Below are positions 37,246 through 49,099 of a stretch of DNA of 64,000 nucleotides, in pieces. The notes under the pieces were generated by a model. The model made no database searches. It was given only the letters and a program-made list of their open reading frames with translations, and was not told where the DNA came from. The stretch's first letter is position 1. Every line of letters starts with the position of its first letter. A program made the translations under genes and the position numbers. Source of the stretch: Octopus vulgaris (lineage: Eukaryota); the NCBI GenBank assembly GCA_951406725.2, contig OX597831.1, positions 51,398,001 to 51,462,000 of the forward strand, written 5' to 3'.

Positions 37246-37976
37246 TGTGAATAAATAAAAAAAGGAATAATCTGAATGCCTAAAGGTTAAAGTTAAGTGT
37301 CTTGGCCATAGACATACAAGATCTGATCTACCAAACTCTAGGTGTGCAGCTCCAATGGCACAACCATCTGTACTCTGAATGTTAAGAGTAGATAGAGTAA
37401 AGCATTAAGCCCATCTCTTGGCCATTTCTGCTACACTATACAATCATTTGGTAGTCAAAGAAAAGAATCTATAAAAAATAATTTGGAAAGTAGCACAATT
37501 CTTTTGTTATGTCATAAATGATTCATTATGGGTCCATGCTGAAAATGGAATGAACATGTGAAGGGTGGAATCCAGAAAATAGATATATCAAAAGCTGACC
37601 ATTTAGGAGAGTAGTAACTCCAAGCAAGAATTGGTGCAGGGTAGATGGTTTTTGGTCCTCCCTGCATAGGAGCAATCTCTAAATGATGGCTTGATAAAAT
37701 GCGCTCAGTTCACACTGCTAACACCCAGCACCAGAGCTGATGGGTTTTCTTTGTTGCTGTGTATGTGTGCAAGATATGGGCAGTAATGACCTGCCCCCTC
37801 ATGCATCATCATCATCGTCATTAAATGTCTGTATTCCATGCTGGCATGGATTGGATGGTTTTGTAGGATCCAGTGAGCTGCAGGGCAAGATACCATGCAG
37901 TGGTACTGAACCTGAAACCACATGGTTGAAAAGGTTTTTCTTTTTCCTCGTGATGTCTTCCATCTTGCATTTAAAA

Positions 37977-38321
37977 CTGTAGTTCTCAATTTTTTTTTAC
38001 CTATGACCCTTTTAATTACAATTTTATTCTGGTGGACCCCCCATAATCATTCAGTGTTTAAAAACTAGTTTTATAGATATTTCTTTCAAAGTTCCTATTT
38101 CCTTTTTCACATGTTCACTTGTGTATGTTTTCAAAAGCACTCTCTGAGAGAACATGTAAAGCATAAGAGAAAGAAACCTAGCTATTTCTTGCAATAAATA
38201 CATCTACAGCAAAATCTTTTTTTTCATGGATCCTCAAGATATTACTGTGGATCCCCAATTTACTATTTTGCTTGTGTTCCCTCACCCCTGAGATTGTAGG
38301 GACCCCAGTTGAGAACCACTG
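37977..38321. mobile_element. degenerate hAT (Charlie-like) MITE
   Basis: CTGTAGTTCTCAA ... GTTGAGAACCACTG termini; TSD not preserved. Confidence 0.55.
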
Positions 38322-38519
38322 AGTCAAAGCAAAGTGAAGGTTCAAATCTACTTAAAGTCAAGCACACAATAAGTTATATTTCTACCATCTTACTGCTTTA
38401 TTGCCCACAAGGGGCTAAACATAGAGGGGACAAAGGGATTAAGTCGATTACATTGACCCCCAGCACGTAACTGGTACTTAAATTATCGACCTCGGCGGAA
38501 TTTACATATGATATAATTA

Positions 38520-39150
38520 GTAAACATCTAATCATAGCCCTTTCACTCTGCAAGGCCTCTCCCTCAGAGTGAAAAGCAGATTGAAGCCTGTGTATGTACA
38601 TGACAGTGAAACATGGGCTTTAACTACAGAGAACTTGTGATGGCTTGAAAGGAATGAAGTTAGTATGCTCTGCTGGATGGGTAATGTCAGTGTGGACACA
38701 TGACAGCGTAGGTGACTTATGAGGAAAACTGGGTATAAGAGGCATCATGTGTGCAAGAGTGAAGACTGTGCTGGTTTGGTCATGTGAGGCAAACATGAAG
38801 ACAACTGCATAAAGAAGCGCCAAGCTCTAATTGTGGAAGGGGTAGACGTAGGACAAAGTGGTGAGACAGGATCTTTGGACACTGGGCTTCACTGAGAAAA
38901 ATGACAAGGGACTGGGAGTTGTGGTGATTTGCTATACTTGATAAGACAGGCCAAGCTAAGTAAAAATCGCTGTCTTCCACACATACAAGCTTGTCCTTTC
39001 AGGGGCCACATAAAAAGCACCCAACACACTCTGTTAAGTGGTCAGCATTAGAAAGGGCATCCAGTTGTAGAAACCATGTCTCAACAGACAGTTCCATATC
39101 AAACAGTCCAACCCATGCTAGCATAGACAGTTGATGTTAAACAATGATTA
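38520..39150 (+). mobile_element. older, degenerate RTE LINE 3' fragment
   Basis: Decayed HDSETWAL and CWFGHV remnants, then the same 3' motif (agaaagggcatccagttgtagaaacc...gttaaacaatgat). Confidence 0.7.
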
Positions 39151-39350
39151 AAGTGGAAAAAATTATCAGAGAAGCCACTCCGATTCATATTCTCAAATAT
39201 ATACACACACACATAAACATATATAACTAGGTGGTTATAAAGTCTGCTCCACAACTACATGGTCCTGAGTGAGAAACCTCTACATGGCATATTGGATGTC
39301 ATCTTGTGAGTGGAATTTAGAAACCAGGAACTGTGAAAATCCATCATTAA

Positions 39351-40364
39351 CCCTTTCGTTACTATTTCTAACGTAATCATAAATTTAGTCTGGTTTCATT
39401 AAACAACTATAACTTCTTTATCAATATATTAATCTGATTTTTGGAAGATAATTTAATGAAATATTCTCAACCAATTCTATACTATAATTTTTGTCACAAA
39501 GTGACTCTAATTACAGGTAGATACAGGTAAATTCAACAAAATATAAAATTAAAATTTTGTTCAAATATCGCTATAGAAAATGGGTTATTAGCTAATATTC
39601 AATTGGGTATACAACAAAATTTTACGACAGAATTTGTTATTCTGGGTAACTTTCTGATACCCATAATAATATTTACGGCAAAATAGTCTTAATTTCATTT
39701 AAGGTTATGGGAAACCACAAACTATCGTTTCTTTCGCTTTGTTTACGTTTAGCGTAACGGTTCGTTTTCGCCGTAATGATTTCAAATGGGCTCATTCGAA
39801 AAAGTAAAAAGAAATAGTCTAAGGCTTTACTCCTCTGGGAAAGTCTGTGGCTTGGTCCAGTTTCTTCAGAAAAATCACCGAAAGAAACAGTTTTTAAATT
39901 TTCACTCCATTCAGGTGCCAATTCGTTTTCTTTATCGCTGTCGGAGCTCTTGAATTCACTGTTTTCACTTTCGGAAAATGAAACATCAGATTCATTATCA
40001 AATACCATGTGCTTTTTTTTTCAGTCATAGAGTTAGATTTATGAAGGTCTTCAGTAGAAAATCCTTCGAATTCTGACTCGCTGCTTGATATAATGAAATT
40101 CGTATCCATTTTTTGTCAGAATTACAAATTTTGAAAACACAACAGGAACAAATTTCGGAAAAAAATCTCTCAAAATTCACGGAATTAAAATTACACTTCG
40201 ATTATTGTACAAAACTGTAGTTGAACTGTTTACGAAGTATAATACGTGTTTTCACGAATGTACTAAAGAGATTTGCTCTGATATTCTCATTTAAATATAA
40301 GTAAATTCGGGCGGCTTGGTCACATTAACCAAAATTTTTTTCGGGCGGTTTGGTAACGAAAGGG
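39351..40364 (-). mobile_element. internally deleted piggyBac DNA transposon with a frameshifted transposase N-terminus
   Basis: TTAA on both sides (39347-39350, 40365-40368); 12-bp TIR CCCTTTCGTTAC; ORFs 39894..40109 and 39673..40008 give an acidic N-terminus then ALDYFFLLF...IITAKTNRYA...WFPITLNEI, typical of PGBD transposases. Confidence 0.9.
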
Positions 40365-42526
40365 TTAAGGAATTAACAATAAACTGATCTGTTGAATTAT
40401 AAGTACCTTGTGGTGTTTATTATGTGTCTCTTTAAACAAATGAGTCTTTAACCATTTGGTTGATAAATAATTGGGAAAGTACTAGGATTAATAAATGGGC
40501 TAAAAGCTTTGAAGGCATGGCTGAAGCTCAAATACTGAAACCAGTAAGACATTAAAAAAATAATTGTATTCTTTAAGAAAAGTACTTTCAAAGGTGATAG
40601 AAATCAAAATCATCATGCATTGACTGAATGGAGTTTGAGGCAGATGTTCTACAGCCAGATGCCCTTCCCGTCACCAACCCTCACCTGTTTCCAAGCAAGG
40701 TAATATTTCTCGATCAAAATCCAGCAGGATACTGGATATGAATGATATTGCTTGTATAATAATCCTTTCTATTATAGGCACAAGACCTGAAATTTTAGGG
40801 AAGAGGGATAGTCGATTCCATTGACCCCAGTACTCAACCGGTACTTATTTTATCAACCCCGGCAGAATTCGAACTGAGAATGTAAGGATAGATGAAATGC
40901 CACTAAGCATACTGGCCATCACTAATGATTCTGCCAGCTCACCACTTATATAATATATATTGCTTGTATAATAATTTCAAATTTTTGCCACAAGGGCAGC
41001 TTGGGGGAGGGGATTTAGTCGATTACATCAATCCCAATGTGTAACTGGTACTTATTTAATCAACCCACAAAAGGCGAAGTCAACCTCGGCAGAATTTGAA
41101 CTCAGAACATAGTGATGGGTAAAATACCACTAAGCATTTTGCTTGTCACACTAACAATTCTGCGAGCTTGCCGCCTTTATTGCTTGTATGATAATAAGAC
41201 ACAGTCATACATTCATTGACAGGCTTATTTTAGTTTCTGTCAAACAAATACACTTACAAGGCTTTGGTCAACAGTGGCGCTGTAGAAAATACTCACCCAA
41301 AAGTATCAGGTGGTGGTACTAAAACTGAAACCACAAAGTTGGGACTCAAATTTTTTAACCACACTTGCACTTCATGAGAAGAAAAATATTAGGGAAAACA
41401 GCTAGAAAGCAAACATGTCCATATTTGAAACTGAAAAACAACACTGGCTTTTTTCCTTCTTTTTTGTAGTCATTCACTGATCATGTAATCTTATGAGATT
41501 AAGTATATAACCAGTGATACTAAATGTATCCAACAGCCTTTTATTATGGTGAATACATGACAATATTATGGTGAAAGCATGACAATGAAGTGGCAGTATC
41601 AGCCAAGAGAACAAAATACCGTATCAGTATTTAATGCATGAATCAAATTTAAATCCCAATGCATATTAATATCAGGGTCAGTTTAATTAATAATTTATTA
41701 CCTGTCTCTAACAAAAAAAAAAAACAGTCTTGAGTCAATATATAAAATCTTTCTTGTTGCTATGTGGTAAGAAGCTTGCTTCCCAACCACATGGTTCTGG
41801 GTTGTCCCACTACATGGCACTTTGGGGATAAGGATCTTCTACTATATTCTCAGGCTGACCAAAGCGTTGTGAGTGGATTTGGTAGATGGAAGCTGAAAGA
41901 AGCCTGTCGAATATATATATATATGTGTGTGTGTGTCTGTTTGTTTCCCCCCATCAATGCCCGACAACCAGTGTTGGTGTGTTTATGTCCCTATAACCTA
42001 GTGGTTTGGCAAAAGTGACTGACAGAGTAAGTACTAGGTTTAAAAAAAAAAAGTCCTAGGGTCAATTTGTTTCACTAAAACATTTCAAGGCAGTGCTCCA
42101 CCATGGCCACAGTCAAATGACTGAAACAAGTAAGAGAATACAGGAGTACAATAAAATTGGAGATAAGCTTCTGGCAAGCTGAGTCCATAGCCCTGTAGCA
42201 TTCAAATTACTCTGACTAGAGTAATACTTATTTATTCACATTATTTTGAATTATGTATTATCTCACAGCTTCAAGAATTTAACGATGTAATTGTTTAGTT
42301 TTAGAATTACTTTGTTGGGTAGGTGTGAGGGGTTGGATTTGTCCAGTTTGAACATAAAAACAGATAAAATATTCAGGCCAGATATGGCCAATTTAAATGC
42401 TAAATGGTTAATCTAGTTTTGAATGTTAGTGTAGTTATTTCTCTTTCTAAAAAGAGTACCAAGAACTTACTGCAAAGAGTGGAAAATCTAAAATTTCAGA
42501 GAGTCTTACTTTAGGGAAAAAGTTAA

Positions 42527-42745
42527 CCCTTTAGCATTTAGATTACTCTTTCAAATGTAATGTTTATTTGCCTTGTTTTGAATTGATCATACAGTATACC
42601 ATAGCTTTGAGATTTCAAATGATGTGATTGTTTAGTTTATTTTAAAAATGATAATGCAAGGTATGAGAGGCCAGATTAGGTTAGTCTGAACAGAAAATGG
42701 GTAGAATATTTTGGCCAGATATGACCAGTTTTAAATTCTAAAGGG
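42527..42745. mobile_element. TTAA MITE family 2 copy
   Basis: TTAA-CCCTTTAGCATTT ... TCTAAAGGG, with the family internal sequence. Confidence 0.75.
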
Positions 42746-42805
42746 TCAAAGGAGAAAAATTAATGAGACAGCAGAGTTTTTACATTCAAGTATATAAGTG
42801 TATAT

Positions 42806-43197
42806 AGGCATAGGAGTGGCTGTGTGATAAGTAGTTTGCTTACCAACCACATGGTTCCAGGTTCAGTCCCACTGCACAGCACCTTGGGCAAGTGTCTTCT
42901 CTATAGCCTTGGGCCGACCAAAGCCTTGTGAGTGGATTTGGTAGACGGAAACTGAAAGAAGCCTGTCGTATATATATGTGTGTGTGTGTGTATGTATGTT
43001 TGTACCCCACAACATCACTTGACAACCGATGCTGGTGTGTTTATGTACCTGTAACTTAGCGGTTCGGCAAAAGAGACTGACAGAATAAGTACTAGGCTTA
43101 CAAAGAATAAGTCCTGGGGTCGATTTGCTCGACTAAAGGTGGTGCTCCAGCATGGCCACAGTCAAATGACTGAAACAAGGAAAAGAGTAAAGAGTAA
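42806..43197 (+). mobile_element. SINE family 1, full length; further copies near 200-590, 16740-17030, 17330-17545, 35240-35620, 41760-42140
   Basis: Same head, core and tail as 12515-12932. Confidence 0.85.
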
Positions 43198-43324
43198 GGA
43201 GAAAAAAAAAACACCAACAACAAAAAATTAGCTGCAACTTTGCTGTATCTCATTAATTTTCCCCCATTCAGCTTTTCCCTTGAAGAAGGACTCTATGCAA
43301 AATGAGGATTTTCCACACCGCATG

Positions 43325-45857
43325 GCAAGTTCACTGCACTGTTTTATTGGTATTTTATACTATAAAATAAACCTTGCTGATACAGACCAATACCAGTCGC
43401 TGTTCAAGTCTGTCTGATCATGTTTCTCTTTCCATACATATGTTGCTAATCCCTTACATAAAAATATAAACATGATCTGTCCCCATATACACAAACACAT
43501 CTCTTCAGAAATCATATGCTTCTAGCTACTTCCCTCCCTTAAAGTGGAATCAAGCTATAATTGGTAACATTATTTCATGCATATATAACAGTAAAAGATA
43601 GGTGAAAGCATACAAAATATAGATAAATATATATTAAAAAAACCCCAAAAAACTTAGCTTTACACTGTTCAGTCTTTAAGCAATTTAATGTCAAAATAGG
43701 CAAAGATATACTGTGGTGTGACAATATATATCAGAAGAAAAAAAAAAAGCTTCAAATACTTTTTTCTGAATTTGTTAATTTATTCAAATATCTTCTACAG
43801 AGATTTCAATAAATTAAGTTATTGTTCAGAACACTTGGTATTTCAATGACGTGTGTGCATGTGTGTGTGAGATGGGAAACCCATTTTTAACTAATTATAA
43901 AGACCAAACTCACAAATCTAATTAGCAACAAAATGTGCAATAGATTGGACTATCACTCAGGTTTGTTCCGACTTATACAAAATGATTAAATAGTTCAACT
44001 GATATTAACTGACTGCCACACAGCTTCAGGCTTATTCCAGCCTTATTTAAGAACAATGCATTTTCTTCCTGGTTATTCACTACCTATGTATGCATGCAAA
44101 TTCATTATGAACTAAACCAAATCTGATATTCTTATAGTAATGACTGGGATTATTAAATTTACTATCTTCCAGCCATAAAGCTATACATTATAAATCTTCC
44201 ATATATATATATATATATATGAGTATATATATATGTATATATACATATAAAAATAATGGGTAATACTACATGTACTTTTCATATAAAACTTGAAACATGT
44301 GTACCGCAATATCCTTTGTGTTCTGTTTTTAATTTTATGATATATATATATATATAGAGAGAGAGAAAGAGAGATATGTATACGTGTATGTATATATGTA
44401 TGTCTATATACATGTGTGTGAATGTATTACATATATATGTATATTTAAATAAAATCTACTTACACAAATGCATCAAGGGGAAGTAACGTTTTATTCAAAG
44501 TACATTGGATATAGATCTCAATTCAGCATTTACATATACACATATATATATATATACACACACAAACACACACACATATATATGTATGTGTGTATATACA
44601 TATATTGTAATTATTACTTTTTCATGCCTCACTCACAACAAATATTCTTTGACTCAAACCAACCCAATGTCATGCAGAGCTGCCACTGATATCAACAGTT
44701 TTTTTTTTCTTCCCCTTTTCCATTCATCTCACAACATTAAATGATATTACATAACATATAAACATATTTGTCAATGAGGTTGAAAAAAAAAAAAAAAAAA
44801 AAAAAACTAGTTTCAAACAATGCAGTAAATAATTTTTAATCACATCCAAGAGGAAGATAAGGGGATGGGAGGAAGAAGAGGAGGATCTATTATTGACCAA
44901 TGTTCCAATTTTCACTTATTCAGAAAAAGATGAATAGCACTCATTAAATATACGAGCAACTTTTTCTCCATATATGCAGGTGAGAGGATATATATATACA
45001 TATATATCTATCTATATATATATATATATATATAAAGTCCAAATGATCTGTGGTATACATATTTAATCAAGCTGATTAACTTTGTCCAAATGAATATAAT
45101 ATAATACAATGTTCTCTCTTAGAGCCATAATAGAAGTGTACTATAGGAATTTAATGGGATTTTTTTCTCAGATGTTCAAAGTTCACATATATATTTTTCT
45201 TAAATTCCAAGTCTTCCATTTCATTTAAAGCAATCTTGCTAGTGACAAGGCTAAATACAAGAAAATAATTTCACTGGTACGCCAAAAAAACATTTTAGTT
45301 ATTAATGGTACAGTAAAATTATATAGTAAGAGGGGAAGAGAGAGAGAGAGAGGAGAGAAAACAGGGAAACTATATTACAATATTTTAGGGGTAAACATTA
45401 GATGACATAGTATGTATGGTTGACAGAAATTCATTCAATGGAGGCTTTCTGAAGATTTTTGAAACCTTGTTTTTACTGTTTTTTTCTTGTATATTTTATT
45501 TAAAAAAAAACTCCACCTTTTATTTCCCTACAGGGGAAAAAATTAAGCAGGAGGAATTCAGTTGTCATAATAAAAAAAATAAAATAAAATAAAAAAAGTC
45601 ATGACAATCTCACTCCATAGCTATGGTGCTATAAATTATAGTTCAATTACATTTGAAAACAATAATTCTACTCCCTTGCTATCGATTAAAGTAGGAGCCA
45701 GAGGCTGAAATTCAGGTGAGTGAATATCATATTGTCCTAAGGAGAGTATCAACATCATGTTGAAATGAGAAGAACAAAAAAAAAATTAAATTAAAGTGGT
45801 GCAGAAGAGTTAATATGTTAGAACACAGATCTTGATGATGATGATGATGATGATGAA

Positions 45858-45890
<33 letters not shown>

Positions 45891-46422
45891 CACACAGAAA
45901 CGGTAACCAGTTTGTTCATATGATTTCCAAACATTTACTAAGAAATGTCATCTATTAAATAAAAACTATTTGCTAAACAGGTACGGAGTAGTTTCGTGAG
46001 CTAAATGCTTGTTTGTTTCAGATTCCTTCATTCTAACAATGAAAAGCATGCAAAAAAAAAATAAAAATAAAATAAACTACATTAAAAGAATTTTCTCTTC
46101 AGCTTAATTACTTCCAAACATAAAATATAATTGTAATCCTCTGCTATCATTATTAAATGCATTCAGTTTTCTGTTTTCTTCCTTTCATTCTGTGAACAGT
46201 GTATTCTAAAAGACTTAGATAATAGTAATAATAATAATAATAATAATAATCATCACAAAGATATATCTAGCTGTCATTAATATTTTCAAATGTCATTTTA
46301 AAAGAAAGCAAATGTTAAAATAAAATGCTGAGAGAGAAGAAAGGAACTCAGAAAAATTAAGCAAGAAAAACTCCCCCTTGAAATGTTTTATTATAGGCAC
46401 AAGACCCTATATGTACTAAGTA

Positions 46423-46453
<31 letters not shown>

Positions 46454-48880
46454 GTATAATTTACATATTACTGGTCTTATTTTATTGACCTATGAGAAAT
46501 GAAAATTAAATTCAGTGCCACTGTGCTATAAAGTATATATGTAGCCAAGCTCTTTGACCTTTGTGCCAACACCATCATATGGCTGTTAAAAATAATGTAA
46601 AAGATGGTAAAATAACAGGAAGTTTATCTTTTAGCAAGTAGGATTAAATAAGAACAGGTAACAATCAAATTAGATTAATGGAACAATAAAACTTCAACGT
46701 TTCATTATGCTTAAAAGATCTACATCATCACATTGTTTCTGGACAGTAAAAAAACAAACAAACAAAAAAGTTAAACTCCAGGAACCACTTAACAATGGCA
46801 TTGTACAAATTTTAGAAATAGAGGACCCTACCCAGCCCCAAGATGGACATTTTATATATATATTATATATATAAAAAAAGGGTGGGTAAATTCATTAATC
46901 ACTTAAAAAAGGGTAAATTGAGCAGAGCACAACAAAACACAAATGAAAATTCAAATCATTAACGTTTCAAAATTTAGGACATTCAAAGTAAAACATTAAT
47001 TATACATAACCGTGTGTGTGAAAGAGAGAGTGAGCTGTGGGAGAGAATTGGAGGAAGGATATAACAAATAAGCCATGAGGGGCACAAAACACAGATGAAC
47101 AAAAGAGAGAAACAAACTAAAAGGCACAACTTTTCTGATATACATAGAGAATATACTATGATGAAGTCATGTGGAAATTGGTTATAGAACTTGGAAAAAG
47201 ATATCTTAATCTAGTCTGGTTCACTTACTGAATACACAAGATAAATAAATATGCATTAAAAATTTGGGGGCTAGAATGTTTATTAAAAATAAGCAAATAA
47301 ATTATAAGAAAATTAAGAGGAAATAAAGAAAAAAAAAAAAAAGAATTGGGCAGAGATATTCTACATTGCATTTGCTGGAGTCTAATTAGATGATGGATAA
47401 CCATGTATTACTGAGTATCACAATGTTAAGAAGGAGAAAAGATAATATCAGAGATCAATCGAAGTGGTTGAATGCAGAGGAGAAGAAAGTGTTTCAATGA
47501 AGACCAGGTATACTTCAAACAAAACTCAGTGGAGGGAACACACCTGAAAGACTCTCACAGCTTGACAACCAGACAGTATGATTTTTTGTTTTTGTTTTGG
47601 ACACAAGCAACCACAAGAGAAGAACATTAAATCTTACAAATGCAATGTATTAAATTATTCTTAAAGAAACTAATGTTTCCACTGTTTAAACTACCATGTC
47701 AACTGATTTTAGTATTTAGACTGATCCTTTCTCCATTATCTCTTTAGCAATGAATACTATTAACTTGGACTGAACACCAGAAACAAATCACATTAGTCTA
47801 AGAAGAGATCTCTTCAGAAAAAAAAGAAAAGAAAAGTAAAAGACTAGGTCATTGAGTTTGGAGAGAGTGTATTTCATACAAATAGAACTGAGTGAAGTAA
47901 CTGAGAGAAGGAAAGTATACTCAGTACAGAAATATATGATTTCGTATTTGAAATTATTTGAATTTTTTTATTCATTTATTCACCAATTTTTCTGTTCATA
48001 GATTAAAGTATAAATGAAGTTTAAGAGTGTCATGAAAATTGTTTTTCTGTTTATGAAGTGATTTTTCAAATATAATTTGCATTATCTGAGCTGTAAAGTA
48101 ACCAGAGAAAGGAAAAGAAAAAAAAAAAAAAGGCATTCCCTAAATCTTGTTTACGCTTCAACTGCAGAAATTTATAAAACCCTTTTAATTATTTGTCTTT
48201 CTAGATCCCAATATCTAACAAAATAATTATTTTTACATTTTAACTTCAAAACATAATAATTGATAAAAAGTAATAATAAGAATAATTATTGTAATGATAA
48301 TAAAAATTTTTTTAAAAAAATTGAGGGCATATCAGATTTCTAATTTAAGTTTAGGTGAAGTTACTTACAGTCTTAGAGAATGTAAATAAAGCAGGAATAG
48401 AAATAGTTATTTAGGAGAAGGGAGAGAAGGAAAGTTATGTTGAAAGGCAGAGAAGAATTTTTTGGTTTTTTTTTTTTTCCTTTTTGTTTACTACTGCCAA
48501 CAACCATCATACCTGCTGTTTCTAAGACAATAATTTTATACATTTGCTGATAAGTGCAGATAATTAAGAAATGGTATCTCTTGTGAAGAGAAACAAACAA
48601 AACAAAAAAAAAAAAAAACTGCCCACTCTTGCATTTTTACATCTTTGCTTTTTGTTGTTGTTGTTTTTTTTTTCTCTTCTTTCTAAATGTATTGCTTCTG
48701 AAAGCAATCAACTCTTCCAGTGAGTTTTGATCTAAGAGTTTTTTTTTTTATATCACTCTTGCTACTAATGCTGCTGCTAATAATAATGATGATGAAGGTG
48801 GTGGTGGTGGTATGATGAAAATGATGATGATACTGATTGATAATGATGATGCCAGCTATTATCTTGATGTTGCACTATCA
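43325..48880 (-). other. probable long 3' UTR of the LEDGF/HDGFL2-like gene
   Basis: U-rich on the - strand and nearly free of intact SINEs/MITEs; AATAAA on - at 43348-43343 just before the repeat-dense region resumes. The end point is inferred. Confidence 0.5.
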
Positions 48881-49099
48881 TTAAACACCAAGGAGACTAT
48901 GTAACTCTTCATCGTCCATGACTGGCTCATCATCTTCCTCTTCCTCTTCATTGGCTGGAGCTGTGAATGGTGTGGAATCTGTGTGTTTATTCTTTGTATT
49001 CTGCTCGAGTTGGTTAGTAGTATGCTGGGGTTCCTCATAGCCATAAGATTCAGTCCCTTTAATTATTTGTGCTATGCGAGCTTCCAGATCTCTGTGTTC
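48881..49099 (-). CDS. HDGFL2: terminal coding exon (EHRDLEARIAQIIKG...DDEPVMDDEELHSLLGV*)
   Basis: caacag| acceptor, phase 0, stop at 48883-48881. Confidence 0.86.
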   Translation of the reverse strand, partial: EHRDLEARIAQIIKGTESYGYEEPQHTTNQLEQNTKNKHTDSTPFTAPANEEEEEDDEPVMDDEELHSLLGV

